This document shows positions 35,386 to 48,500 of a stretch of DNA of 64,000 nucleotides, piece after piece. Source of the stretch: Eledone cirrhosa (lineage: Eukaryota); assembly GCA_964016885.1 (NCBI GenBank), contig OZ024743.1:132370001-132434000 (forward strand), written 5' to 3'. Below the pieces are notes generated by a model. That model saw only the letters and a program-made list of their open reading frames with translations, searched no databases and was not told where the DNA came from. The translations under genes were made by a program, and so were the position numbers. The number at the start of each line of letters is the position of its first letter. Positions within the stretch are counted from its first letter, which is position 1.

Positions 35386-38300
35386 TTGCTGTTTGGTGTC
35401 TGCTTTTTGGTGTTTGGTGTTTGCTCTATGGTGTTTGCTGTTTCATGTTTGGTGTTTGCTGTTTGGTGTTTGCTGTTTGGTGTTTGGTCTTTGGTGCTTG
35501 GTGTTTGGTGTTTGGTGCTTGGTGCTTGGTGTTTGGTGCTTGGTGCTTGGTGCCTGGTGCTTGTTGTTTGGTGATTGGTGGTTGGTGTTTGCTGTTTGCT
35601 GTTTGGTGTTTGGTGTTTGGTGTTTGCTGTTTGGTGTTTGGTGCTTGGTGCTTCGTGCTTGGTGTTTTGTGCTTGGTGCTTAGTGTTGGGTGTTTGGTGC
35701 TTGGTGCCTGGTGCTTGTTGTTTGGTGCATGGTGTTTGGTGCTTGGTGTTTGGTGCTTGGTGCTTGGTGTTTGGTCTTTGGTGTTTGGTGCTTGGTGCTT
35801 GGTGTTTGGTGCTTGGTGCTTGGTGCTGGGTGGTTGGTGTTTGGTGCTTGGTGCTTGGTGTTTGGTGCTTGCTGCTTGCTGTTTGGTTCTTGGTGCTTGG
35901 TGCTTTGTCCTTGGTGTTTGGTCTTTAGTGCTTTGTGCTTGGTGCTTGGTGTTTAGTGCTTGGTGCTTGGTGCATTGTGATTAGTGTTTGGTGCTTGGTG
36001 CTTGGGGATTGGTGTTTGGTGCTTGGTGCTTGGTGTTTGGTGCTTGGAACTTGGTGTTTGGTGCTTGGTGTTTGCTGTTTGGTGTCTGCTTTTTGGTGTT
36101 TGGTGTTTGCTGTTTCATGTTTGGTGTTTGCTGTTTGGTGTTTGGTGCTTGGTGTTTGGTGTTTGGTGCTTGGTGCTTGGTGTTTGGTGTTTGATGCTTG
36201 GTGCTTGGTGCTTGGTGTTTGGTGCTTGGTGCCTGGTGCTTGTTGTTTGGTGCTTGGTGTTTGGTGTTTGGTGTTTGGTGCTTGGAGCTTGGTGCTTGGT
36301 GCTTGGTGCTTGGTGTTTGGTGCTTGGTGATTGGTGCTTGGTGTTTGGTGCTGGGTGCTTGGTGTTTGGTGCTTGGTGCTTGGTGCTTGGTATTTGGTGT
36401 TTGGTGTTTGATGGTTGGTGTTTGATGCTTGCTGCTTCGTGCTTGGTGCTTGATGCTTGCTGTTTGTACTTGGTGCTTGGGTTTTTTGTGCTTGGTTCTT
36501 GGTGTTTGGTGCTTGGTGTTTGGTGCTTGGTGCTTGGTGTTTGGTGCTTGGTGTTTGGTGTTTGGTGCTTGGTGTTTGGTGCTTGGTGCTTGGTGCTTGG
36601 TGTTAGGTGTTTGGTGCTTCATGCTTGGTGCTTGGTGTTTGGTGCTTGGTGCTTGGTGTTTGGTGCTTGGTGCCTGGTGCAAGGTGTTTGTTGCTTGGTG
36701 CTTGGTGTTTGGTGTTTGGTGCTTGGTGCTTGGGGCTTGGTGTTTGGTGCTTGGTGCTTGGTGCCTGGTGCTTGGTGTTTGGTGTTTGGTGCTTGGTGTT
36801 TGGTGCTTGGTGCTTGGTGCTTGGTGTTAGGTGTTTGGTGCTTGGTGCTTGGTGTTTTATGCTTGGTGCTTGGTGTTTGGTGCTTGGTGCTTGGTGTTTG
36901 GTGCTTGGTGCTTGGTGTTTCATGTTTGGTGCTTGGTGCTTGGTGTTAGGTGTTTGGTGCTTGGTGCTTGGTGTTTGGTGTTTGGTCCTTGGTGCTTGGT
37001 GTTTGGTGCTTTGTGCTTGGTGTTTGTTGTTTTGGTGCTTTCTGCTTGCTGCTTGGTGTTTGCTGCTTGGTGCTTGGTGTTTGGTGCTTGTTGCTTGGTG
37101 TTTGGTGTTTGGTGTTTGATGCTTGGTGTTTGATGCTTCGTCTTTGATGCTTGGTGCTTGGTGCTGGGTGTTTGGTGCTTGGTGCTTGGTGTTTGGTGCT
37201 TGGTTCTTGGTGTTTGGTGCTTGGAGCTTGGTGCTTGGTGCTTGGTGCTTGGTGTTTGGTGCTTGGTGATTGGTGCTTGGTGTTTGGTGCTGGGTGCTTG
37301 GTGTTTGGTGCTTGGTGCTTGGTGCTTGGTATTTGGTGTTTGGTGTTTGATGCTTGGTGTTTGATGCTTGCTGCTTCGTGCTTGGTGCTTGATGCTTGCT
37401 GTTTGTACTTGGTGCTTGGGTTTTTTGTGCTTGGTTCTTGGTGTTTGGTGCTTGGTGTTTGGTGCTTGGTGCTTGGTGTTTGGTGCTTGGTGTTTGGTGT
37501 TTGGTGCTTGGTGTTTGGTGCTTGGTGCTTGGTGCTTGGTGTTAGGTGTTTGGTGCTTCATGCTTGGTGCTTGGTGTTTGGTGCTTGGTGCTTGGTGTTT
37601 GATGCTTGGTGCCTGGTGCAAGGTGTTTGTTGCTTGGTGCTTGGTGTTTGGTGTTTGGTGCTTGGTGCTTGGGGCTTGGTGTTTGGTGCTTGGTGCTTGG
37701 TGCCTGGTGCTTGGTGTTTGGTGTTTGGTGCTTGGTGTTTGGTGCTTGGTGCTTGGTGCTTGGTGTTAGGTGTTTGGTGCTTGGTGCTTGGTGTTTTATG
37801 CTTGGTGCTTGGTGTTTGGTGCTTGGTGCTTGGTGTTTGGTGCTTGGTGCTTGGTGTTTCGTGTTTGGTGCTTGGTGCTTGGTGTTAGGTGTTTGGTGCT
37901 TGGTGCTTGGTGTTTGGTGTTTGGTCCTTGGTGCTTGGTGTTTGGTGCTTTGTGCTTGGTGTTTGTTGTTTTGGTGCTTTCTGCTTGCTGCTTGGTGTTT
38001 GCTGCTTGGTGCTTGGTGTTTGGTGCTTGTTGCTTGGTGTTTGGTGTTTGGTGTTTGATGCTTGGTGTTTGATGCTTCGTCTTTGATGCTTGGTGCTTGG
38101 TGCTGGGTGTTTGGTGCTTGGTGCTTGGTGTTTGGTGCTTAGTTCTTGGTGTTTGGTGCTTGGTGTTTGGTGCTTGGTGCTTGGTGTTTGGTGTTTGGTG
38201 CTTGGTGTTTGGTGCTTGGTGCTTGGGGCTTGGTGTTTGGCGCTTGGTGCTTGGTGTTTGGTGCTTGGTGCTTGGTGTTTGGTGCTTCGTGGTTGGTGTT

Positions 38301-41300
38301 AGGTGTTTGGTGCTTGGTGCTTGGTGTTTTGTCCTTCGTGCTTGGTGCTTGGTGTTTGGTGCTTGGTGCTTGGTGTTAGGTGTTTGTTGCTTGGGGCTTG
38401 GTGTTTGGTGCTTGGTGCTGCTGCTTGGTGTTTGGTGCTTGGTGATTGCTGCTTGGTGTTTGTTGCTTGGTGTTTGGTGTTTGGTGTTTGGTGCTTGGGG
38501 CTTGGTGTTTGGTGCTTGGTGCTTGGTGCTTGGTGTTTGATGCTTGGTGTTTGGTGTTTGGTGTTTGGTGCTTGGTGCTTGGTGTTTGGTGCTTGGTGCT
38601 TGGTGCTGGGTGGTTGGTGTTTGGTGCTTGGTGCTTGGTGTTTGGTGCTTGGTGCTTGGTGCTTGGTCCTTGGTGTTTGGTGTTTAGTGCTTGGTGCTTG
38701 GTGCTTGGTGTTTAGTGCTTGGTGCTTGGTGCTTGGTGTTTAGTGCTTAGTGCTTGGTGCATTGTGATTAGAGTTTGGTGCTTGGTGCTTGGGGTTTGGT
38801 GTTTGGTGCTTGGTGCTTGGTGTTTGGTGCTTGGAACTTGGTGTTTGGTGCTTGGTGTTTGCTGTTTGCTGTTTAGTGTTTGGTGTTTGGTGTTTGGGGT
38901 TTGCTGTTTGGTGTCTGCTTTTTGGTGTTTGGTGTTTGCTCTATGGTGTTTGCTGTTTCATGTTTGGTGTTTGCTGTTTGGTGTTTGCTGTTTGGTGTTT
39001 GGTGTTTGGTGCTTGGTGTTTGGTGTTTGGTGCTTGGTGCTTGGTGTTTGGTGCTTGGCGCTTGGTGCCTGGTGCTTGTTGTTTGGTGATTGGTGGTTGG
39101 TGTTCGCTGTTTGCTGTTTGGTGTTTGGTGTTTGGTGTTTGCTGTTTGGTGTTTGGTGCTTGGTGCTTTGTGCTTGGTGTGTTGTGCTTGGTGCTTGGTG
39201 TTTGGTGTTTGGTGCTTGGTGCCTGGTGCTTGTTGTTTGGTGCATGGTGTTTGGTGCTTGGTGTTTGGTGCTTGGTGCTTGGTGTTTGGTGTTTGGTGTT
39301 TGGTGCTTGGTGCTTGGTGTTTGGTGCTTGGTGCTTGGTGCTGGGTGGTTGGTGTTTGGTGCTTGGTGCTTGGTGTTTGGTGCTTGCTGCTTGCTGTTTG
39401 GTTCTTGGTGCTTGGTGCTTTGTCCTTGGTGTTTGGTCTTTAGTGCTTTGTGCTTGGTGCTTGGTGTTTAGTGCTTGGTGCTTGGTGCATTGTGATCAGT
39501 GTTTGGTGCTTGGTGCTTGGGGATTGGTGTTTGGGGCTTGGTGCTTGGTGTTTGGTGCTTGGAACTTGCTGTTTGGTGCTTGGTGTTTGCTGTTTGGTGT
39601 CTGCTTTTTGGTGTTTGGTGTTTGCTCTATGGTGTTTGCTGTTTCATGTTTGGTGTTTGCTGTTTGGTGTTTGGTGCTTGGTGTTTGGTGTTTGGTGCTT
39701 GGTGCTTGGTGTTTGGTGTTTGATGCTTGGTGCTTGGTGCTTGGTGTTTGGTGCTTGGTGCCTGGTGCTTGTTGTTTGGTGCTTGGTGTTTGGTGTTTGG
39801 TGTTTGGTGCTTGGAGCTTGGTGCTTGGTGCTTGGTGCTTGGTGTTTGGTGCTTGGTGATTGGTGCTTGGTGTATGGTGCTGGGTGCTTGGTGTTTGGTG
39901 CTGGGTGCTTGGTGCTTGGTATTTGGTGTTTGGTGTTTGATGCTTGGTGTTTGATGCTTGCTGCTTCGTGCTTGGTGCTTGATGCTTGCTGTTTGTACTT
40001 GGTGCTTGGGTTTTTTGTGCTTGGTTCTTGGTGTTTGGTGCTTGGTGTTTGGTGCTTGGTGCTTGGTGTTTGGTGCTTGGTGTTTGGTGTTTGGTGCTTG
40101 GTGTTTGGTGCTTGGTGCTTGGTGCTTGGTGTTAGGTGTTTGGTGCTTCATGCTTGGTGCTTGGTGTTTGGTGCTTGGTGCTTGGTGTTTGGTGCTTGGT
40201 GCCTGGTGCAAGGTGTTTGTTGCTTGGTGCTTGGTGTTTGGTGTTTGGTGCTTGGTGCTTGGGGCTTGGTGTTTGGTGCTTGGTGCTTTGTGCCTGGTGC
40301 TTGGTGTTTGGTGTTTGGTGCTTGGTGTTTGGTGCTTGGTGCTTGGTGCTTGGTGTTAGGTGTTTGGTGCTTGGTGCTTGGTGTTTTATGCTTGGTGCTT
40401 GGTGTTTGGTGCTTGGTGCTTGGTGTTTGGTGCTTGGTGCTTGGTGTTTCGTGTTTGGTGCTTGGTGCTTGGTGTTCGGTGTTTGGTGCTTGGTGCTTGG
40501 TGTTTGGTGTTTGGTCCTTGGTGCTTGGTGTTTGGTGCTTTGTGCTTGGTGTTTGTTGTTTGGTGCTTTCTGCTTGCTGCTTGGTGTTTGCTGCTTGGTG
40601 CTTGGTGTTTGGTGCTTGTTGCTTGGTGTTTGGAGTTTGGTGTTTGATGCTTGGTGTTTGATGCTTCGTGTTTGATGCTTGGTGCTTGGTGCTGGGTGTT
40701 TGGTGCTTGGTGCTTGGTGTTTGTACTTGGTGCTTGGTGATTGGTGTTTGGTGCTTGGTTCTTGGTGTTTGGTGCTTGGTGTTTGGTGCTTGGTGCTTGG
40801 TGTTTGGTGTTTGGTGCTTGGTGTTTGGTGCTTGGTGCTTGGGGCTTGGTGTTTGGCGCTTGGTGCTTGGTGTTTGGTGCTTGGTGCTTGGTGTTTGGTG
40901 TTTGGTGTTTGGTGCTTGGTGCTTGGTGTTTGGTGCTTCGTGGTTGGTGTTAGGTGTTTGGTGCTTGGTGTTTTGTCCTTCGTGCTTGGTGCTTGGTGTT
41001 TGGTGCTTGGTGCTTGGTGTTAGGTGTTTGGTGCTTGGGGCTTGGTGTTTGGTGCTTGGTGCTGCTGCTTGGTGTTTGGTGCTTGGTGATTGCTGCTTGG
41101 TGTTTGGTGCTTGGTGTTTGGTGTTTGGTGTTTGGTGCTTGGGGCTTGGTGTTTGGTGCTTGGTGCTTGGTGCTGGGTGGTTGGTGTTTGGTGCTTGGTG
41201 CTTGGTGTTTGGTGCTTGGTGCTTGGTGTTTGGTTCTTGGTGCTTGGTGCTTGGTCCTTGGTGTTTGGTGTTTAGTGCTTGGTGCTTGGTGCTTGGTGTT

Positions 41301-44300
41301 TAGTGCTTGGTGCTTGGTGCTTGGTGTTTAGTGCTTAGTGCTTGGTGCATTGTGATTAGAGTTTGGTGCTTGGTGCTTGGGGTTTGGTGTTTGGTGCTTG
41401 GTGCTTGGTGTTTGGTGCTTGGAACTTGGTGTTTGGTGCTTGGTGTTTGCTGTTTGCTGTTTAGTGTTTGGTGTTTGGTGTTTGGGGTTTGCTGTTTGGT
41501 GTCTGCTTTTTGGTGTTTGGTGTTTGCTCTATGGTGTTTGCTGTTTCATGTTTGGTGTTTGCTGTTTGGTGTTTGCTGTTTGGTGTTTGGTGTTTGGTGC
41601 TTGGTGTTTGGTGTTTGGTGCTTGGTGCTTGGTGTTTGGTGCTTGGCGCTTGGTGCCTGGTGCTTGTTGTTTGGTGATTGGTGGTTGGTGTTTGCTGTTT
41701 GCTGTTTGGTGTTTGGTGTTTGGTGTTTGCTGTTTGGTGTTTGGTGCTTGGTGCTTCGTGCTTGGTGTGTTGTGCTTGGTGCTTGGTGTTTGGTGTTTGG
41801 TGCTTGGTGCCTGGTGCTTGTTGTTTGGTGCATGGTGTTTGGTGCTTGGTGTTTGGTGCTTGGTGCTTGGTGTTTGGTGTTTGGTGTTTGGTGCTTGGTG
41901 CTTGGTTTTTGGTGCTTGGTGCTTGGTGCTGGGTGGTTGGTGTTTGGTGCTTGGTGCTTGGTGTTTGGTGCTTGCTGCTTGCTGTTTGGTTCTTGGTGCT
42001 TGGTGCTTTGTCCTTGGTGTTTGGTCTTTAGTGCTTTGTGCTTGGTGCTTGGTGTTTAGTGCTTGGTGCTTGGTGCATTGTGATTAGTGTTTGGTGCTTG
42101 GTGCTTGGGGATTGGTGTTTGGTGCTTGGTGCTTGGTGTTTGGTGCTTGGAACTTGCTGTTTGGTGCTTGGTGTTTGCTGTTTGGTGTCTGCTTTTTGGT
42201 GTTTGGTGTTTGCTCTATGGTGTTTGCTGTTTCATGTTTGGTGTTTGCTGTTTGGTGTTTGGTGCTAGGTGTTTGGTGTTTGGTGCTTGGTGCTTGGTGT
42301 TTGGTGTTTGATGCTTGGTGCTTGGTGCTTGGTGTTTGGTGCTTGGTGCCTGGTGCTTGTTGTTTGGTGCTTGGTGTTTGGTGTTTGGTGTTTGGTGCTT
42401 GGAGCTTGGTGCTTGGTGCTTGGTGCTTGGTGTTTGGTGCTTGGTGATTGGTGCTTGGTGTTTGGTGCTGGGTGCTTGGTGTTTGGTGCTTGGTGCTTGG
42501 TGCTTGGTATTTGGTGTTTGGTGTTTGATGCTTGGTGTTTGATGCTTGCTGCTTCGTGCTTGGTGCTTGATGCTTGCTGTTTGTACTTGGTGCTTGGGTT
42601 TTTTGTGCTTGGTTCTTGGTGTTTTGTGCTTGGTGTTTGGTGCTTGGTGCTTGGTGTTTGGTGCTTGGTGTTTGGTGTTTGGTGCTTGGTGTTTGGTGCT
42701 TGGTGCTTGGTGCTTGGTGTTAGGTGTTTGGTGCTTCATGCTTGGTGCTTGGTGTTTGGTGCTTGGTGCTTGGTGTTTGGTGCTTGGTGCCTGGTGCAAG
42801 GTGTTTGTTGCTTGGTGCTTGGTGTTTGGTGTTTGGTGCTTGGTGCTTGGGGCTTGGTGTTTGGTGCTTGGTGCTTGGTGCTTGGTGCTTGGTGTTTGGT
42901 GTTTGGTGCTTGGTGTTTGGTGCTTGGTGCTTGGTGCTTGGTGTTAGGTGTTTGGTGCTTGGTGCTTGGTGTTTTATGCTTGGTGCTTGGTGTTTGGTGC
43001 TTGGTGCTTGGTGTTTGGTGCTTGGTGCTTGGTGTTTCGTGTTTGGTGCTTGGTGCTTGGTGTTAGGTGTTTGGTGCTTGGTGCTTGGTGTTTGGTGTTT
43101 GGTCCTTGGGGCTTGGTGTTTGGTGCTTTGTGCTTGGTGTTTGTTGTTTGGTGCTTTCTGCTTGCTGCTTGGTGTTTGCTGCTTGGTGCTTGGTGTTTGG
43201 TGCTTGTTGCTTGGTGTTTGGTGTTTGGTGTTTGATGCTTGGTGTTTGATGCTTCGTGTTTGATGCTTGGTGCTTGGTGCTGGGTGTTTGGTGCTTGGTG
43301 CTTGGTGTTTGTACTTGGTGCTTGGTGCTTGGTGTTTGGTGCTTGGTTCTTGGTGTTTGGTGCTTGGTGTTTGGTGCTTGGTGCTTGGTGTTTGGTGTTT
43401 GGTGCTTGGTGTTTGGTGCTTGGTGCTTGGGGCTTGGTGTTTGGCGCTTGTTGCTTGGTGTTTGGTGCTTGGTGCTTGGTGTTTGGTGTTTGGAGTTTGG
43501 TGCTTGGTGCTTGGTGTTTGGTGCTTCGTGGTTGGTGTTAGGTGTTTGGTGCTTGGTGCTTGGTGTTTTGTCCTTCGTGCTTGGTGCTTGGTGTTTGGTG
43601 CTTGGTGCTTGGTGTTAGGTGTTTGGTGCTTGGGGCTTGGTGTTTGGTGCTTGGTGCTGCTGCTTGGTGTTTGGTGCTTGGTGATTGCTGCTTGGTGTTT
43701 GGTGCTTGGTGTTTGGTGTTTGGTGTTTGGTGTTTGGTGCTTGGGGCTTGGTGTTTGGTGCTTGGTGCTTGGTGCTTGGTGTTTGATGCTTGGTGTTTGG
43801 TGTTTGGTGTTTGGTGCTTGGTGCTTGGTGTTTGGTGCTTGGTGCTTGGTGCTGGGTGGTTGGTGTTTGGTGCTTGGTGCTTGGTGTTTGGTGCTTGGTG
43901 CTTGGTGTTTGGTTCTTGGTGCTTGGTGCTTGGTCCTTGGTGTTTGGTGTTTAGTGCTTGGTGCTTGGTGCTTGGTGTTTAGTGCTTGGTGCTTGGAGCT
44001 TGGTGTTTAGTGCTTAGTGCTTGGTGCATTGTGATTAGAGTTTGGTGCTTGGTGCTTGGGGTTTGGTGTTTGGTGCTTGGTTCTTGGTGTTTGGTGCTTG
44101 GAACTTGGTGTTTGGTGCTTGGTGTTTGCTGTTTGCTGTTTAGTGTTTGGTGTTTGGTGTTTGGGGTTTGCTGTTTGGTGTCTGCTTTTTGGTGTTTGGT
44201 GTTTGCTCTATGGTGTTTGCTGTTTCATGTTTGGTGTTTGCTGTTTGGTGTTTGCTGTTTGGTGTTTGGTCTTTGGTGCTTGGTGTTTGGTGTTTGGTGC

Positions 44301-45550
44301 TTGGTGTTTGGTGCTTGGTGCTTGGTGCCTGGTGCTTGTTGTTTGGTGATTGGTGGTTGGTGTTTGATGTTTGCTGTTTGGTGTTTGGTCTTTGGTGTTT
44401 GCTGTTTGGTGTTTGGTGCTTGGTGCTTCGTGCTTGGTGTTTTGTGCTTGGTGCTTGGTGTTTGGTGTTTGGTGCTTGGTGCCTGGTGCTTGTTGTTTGG
44501 TGCATGGTGTTTGGTGCTTGGTGTTTGGTGCTTGGTGCTTGGTGTTTGGTGTTTGGTGTTTGGTGCTTGGTGCTTGGTGTTTGGTGCTTGGTGCTTGGTG
44601 CTGGGTGGTTGGTGTTTGGTGCTTGGTGCTTGGTGTTTGGTGCTTGCTACTTGCTGTTTGGTTCTTGGTGCTTGGTGCTTTGTCCTTGGTGTTTGGTCTT
44701 TAGTGCTTTGTGCTTGGTGCTTGGTGTTTAGTGCTTGGTGCTTGGTGCATTGTGATTAGTGTTTGGTGCTTGGTGCTTGGGGATTGGTGTTTGGTGCTTG
44801 GTGCTTGGTGTTTGGTGCTTGGAACTTGGTGTTTGGTGCTTGGTGTTTGCTGTTTGGTGTCTGCTTTTTGGTGTTTGGTGTTTGCTCTATGGTGTTTGCT
44901 GTTTCATGTTTGGTGTTTGCTGTTTGGTGCTTGGTGTTTGGTGTTTGGTGTTTGGTGCTTGGTGTTTGGTGTTTGGTGCTTGGTGCTTGGTGTTTGGTGT
45001 TTGATGCTTGGTGCTTGGTGCTTAGTGTTTGGTGCTTGGTGCCTGGTGCTTGTTGTTTGGTGCTTGGTGTTTGGTGTTTGGTGTTTGGTGCTTGGAGCTT
45101 GGTGCTTGGTGCTTGGTGCTTGGTGTTTGGTGCTTGGTGATTGGTGGTTGGTGTTTGGTGCTGGGTGCTTGGTGTTTGGTGCTTGGTGCTTGGTGCTTGG
45201 TATTTGGTGTTTGGTGCTTGATGCTTGGTGTTTGATGCTTGCTGCTTCGTGCTTGGTGCTTGATGCTTGCTGTTTGTACTTGGTGCTTGGGTTTTTTGTG
45301 CTTGGTTCTTGGTGTTTGGTGCTTGGTGTTTGGTGCTTGGTGCTTGGTGTTTGGTGCTTGGTGTTTGGTGTTTGGTGCTTGGTGTTTGGTGCTTGGTGCT
45401 TGGTGCTTGGTGTTAGGTGTTTGGTGCTTCATGCTTGGTGCTTGGTGTTTGGTGCTTGGTGCTTGGTGTTTGGTGCTTGGTGCCTGGTGCAAGGTGTTTG
45501 TTGCTTGGTGCTTGGTGTTTGGTGTTTGTTGCTTGGTGTTTGGTGCTTGG
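34150..45550 (+). repeat. Higher-order repeat, period ~2.6 kb, ~4 copies
   Basis: Marker CATTGTG-ATTAGAG at ~35245, 38760, 41348 and 44027. Spacings are 3515 (= 2576 + the 939-bp internal duplication), 2588 and 2679. CTTGGAA, CAAGGTG and CTTGGGT-TTTTTGTG recur in the same order. Confidence 0.9.
36275..38130 (+). repeat. Tandem duplication, period 939 bp, nested in the first 2.6-kb unit
   Basis: ORF offset 939 (36429/37368, 36831/37770, 36950/37889). The private 8-mer TTTTGGTG and the pair CTTCGTC-TTTGATG are present in both copies. Confidence 0.9.
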
Positions 45551-48500
45551 TGCTTGGTGCTTGGTGTTAGGTGTTAGGTGTTTGGTGCTTGGTGCTTGGT
45601 GTTTGGTGCTTGGTGCTTGGTGTTTGGTGTTTGGTGCTTGCTGCTTGCTGCTTGGTGTTTGGTGCTTGGTGATTGGTGCTTGGTGTTTGGTGCTTGGTGC
45701 TTGGTTTGGTGTTTGGTGCTAGGTGCTTGGTGCTTGGTGCTTGGTGTTTGGTGCTTGGTGTTTGGTGCTTGGTACTTGGGGCTTGGTGTTTGGTGCTTGG
45801 TGCTTCGTGCTTGGTGTTTGCTGCTTGGTGCTTGGTGTTTGGTGTTTGGTGCTTGGTCTTTGGTGCTTGGTGTTTGGTGCTTGGTGCTTTGTGCTTGGTG
45901 TTAGGTGTTAGGTGTTTGGTGCTTGGTGCTTGGTGTTTGGTGCTTGGTGCTTGGTGTTTGGTGTTTGGTGCTTGCTGCTTGCTGCTTGGTGTTTGGTGCT
46001 TGGTGATTGGTGCTTGGTGTTTGGTGCTTGATGCTTGGTTTGGTGTTTGGTTCTAGGTGCTTTGTGCTTGGTGCTTGGTGCTGGGTGGTTGGCGTTCGGT
46101 GCTTGGTGCTTGGTGTTTGGTGCTTGGTGCTTGATGCTTGGTGCTTGGTGCTTGGTGTTTGGTGCTTGGTGCTTGGTGCTTGGTCTTTGGTGCTTGGTGT
46201 TTGGTGTTTGGTGCTTGGTGCTTGGTGTTTGGTGCTTGGTACTTGGTGATTAGTGTTCGGTGCTTGGTGCTTGGGGTTTGGTGTTTGGTGCTTGGTGCTT
46301 GGTGTTTGGTGCTTGGTGCTTGGTGTTTGGTGCTTGGTGTTTGGTGTTTGCTGTTTGGTGTTTGGTGTTTGGTGTTTGCTGTTTGCTGTTTGGTGTCTGC
46401 TTTTTGGTGTTTGGTGTTTGCTGTATGGTGTTTGCTGTTTCGTGTTTATTGTTTGCTGTTTGGTGTTTGGTGTTTGGTGTTTCCTGTTTGGTCTTTAGTT
46501 TTTGGTGCTTGGTGTTTGGTGCTTGGTGCTTGGTATTTGGTGTTTGGTGCTTGGTGCTTGGTGCTTGGTGCTTGGTGTTTCGTGCTGCGTGCTTGGTGTT
46601 TGGTGTTTGGTGCTTGGTGCTTGGTGTTTGGTGCTTGGTGCTTGGTGCTTGGTGTTTGGTGCTTAGTGCTTAGTGCTTGATGCTTGGTGCTTGGTGCTTG
46701 GTGTTTGGTGTTTACTGTTTGCTGTTTGCTGTTTGGTGTTTGCTGTTTGGTGCTTGCTGTTTGGTGCTTGGTGTTTGGTGCTTGGTGTTTTGTGTTTGGC
46801 GCTTGGTGTTTGGTGCTTGGTGCTTGGTTCTTGGTGCCTGGTGTTTGGTGTTTGGTGTTTGGTGCTTGGTGTTTCGTGCTTGGTGCTTGGTGCTGGGTGT
46901 TTGGTGCTTGGTGCTTGGTGTTTGGTGCATGGTGCTTGGTGCTTGGTTTTTGTGGATTGGTGCTTGGTACTTGGTGTTTGGTGCTTGGTGTTTGGTGTTT
47001 GGTGCTTGGTGCTTGGTGCTTGGTGTTTGGTGTTTGCTGTTTGCTGTTTGGTGTTTGCTGTTTGCTGTTTGCTGTTTGGTGTCTGCTTTTTGGTGTTTGG
47101 TGTTTGCTGTATGGTGTTTGCTGTTTCATGTTTGGAGTATGCTGTTTGCTGTTTGGTTTTTCCTGTTTGCTGTTTGGTGTTTGGTGCTTGGTGCTTGGTA
47201 CTTGATGTTTGGTGTTTGGTGCTTGGTGTCTGGTGTTTGGTGCTTGGTGTTTAGTGTTTGGTGCTTGGTGCTTGGTGTTTGGTGTTTGGTGCTTGGTGCT
47301 TGGTGTTTGGTGTTTGGTGCTTGGTGTTTCGTGTTTGGTGCTTGGTGCTTGGTGTTTGGTGCTTGGTGCTTGGTGTTTTGTGTTTGGTGTTTGGTGCTTG
47401 GTGTTTGGTGTTTGGTGTTTGATGCTTGGTGTTTGATGCTTGGTGCTTGGTGCTTGGTGCTTGGTGTTTGGTGCTTGGTGCTTGGTGTTTGTACTTGGTG
47501 CTTGGTGCTTGGTGTTTGGCGCTTGGTTCTTGGTGTTTGGTGCTTGGTGTTTGGTGCTTGGTGCTTGGTGCTTGGTGTTTGGTGTTTGGTGCTTGGTGTT
47601 TGGTGCTTGGTGCTTTGTGCTTGGTGGATGGTGTTAGGTGTTTGGTGCTTGGTGCTTGGTGTTTTGTGCTTCGTGCTTGGTGCTTGGTGTTTGGTGCTTG
47701 GTGTTTGGTGCTTGGTGCCTGGTGCTTGGTGTTTGGTGCTTTGTGCTTGGTGATTGGTGCTTGGTGCTTGGTGTTTGGTGTTTGGGGCTTGGGGCTTGGT
47801 GTTTGGTGATGCGTGCTTGGTGCTTGGTGCTTCGTGCTTGGTGTTTTGTGTTTGGTGTTTGATGCTTGGTGTTTGGTGTTTGGTGCTTGGTGCTTGGTGT
47901 TTGGTGTTTGATGCTTGGTGCTTGATGCTTGGTGCTTGGTGCTTGGTGTTTGGTGCTTGGTGCTTGGTGTTTGTACTTGGTGCTTTGTGCTTGGTGTTAG
48001 GTGCTTGGTGTTTGGTGCTTGGTGCTTGGTGCTTGGTGCTTGGTGTTTGGTGTTTGGTGCTTGGTGTTTGGTGCTTGGTGCTTGGTGCTTGGTGTTAGGT
48101 GTTTGGTGCTTCATGCTTGGTGCTTGGTGTTTGGTGCTTGGTGATTGGTGTTTGGTGCTTGATGCCTGGTGTTTGGTGTTTGGTGCTTGCTGCTTGCTGC
48201 TTGGTGTTTGGTGCTTGGTGATTGGTGCTTGGTGTTTGGTGCTTGGTGCTTGGTGTTTGGTGTTTGGTGCTAGGTGCTTGGTGCTTGGTGCTTGGTGTTT
48301 GGTGCTTGGTGTTTGGTGCTTGGTACTTGGGGCTTGGCGTTTGGTGCTTGGTGCTTCGTGCTTGGTGTTTGGTGCTTGGTGTTTGGTGTTTGGTGCTTGG
48401 TGTTTGGTGCTTGGTGCTTGGTGCTGGGTGGTTGGCGTTCGGTGCTTGGTGCTTGGTGTTTGGTGCTTGGTGCTTGGTGTTTGGTGCTTGATGTTTGGTG

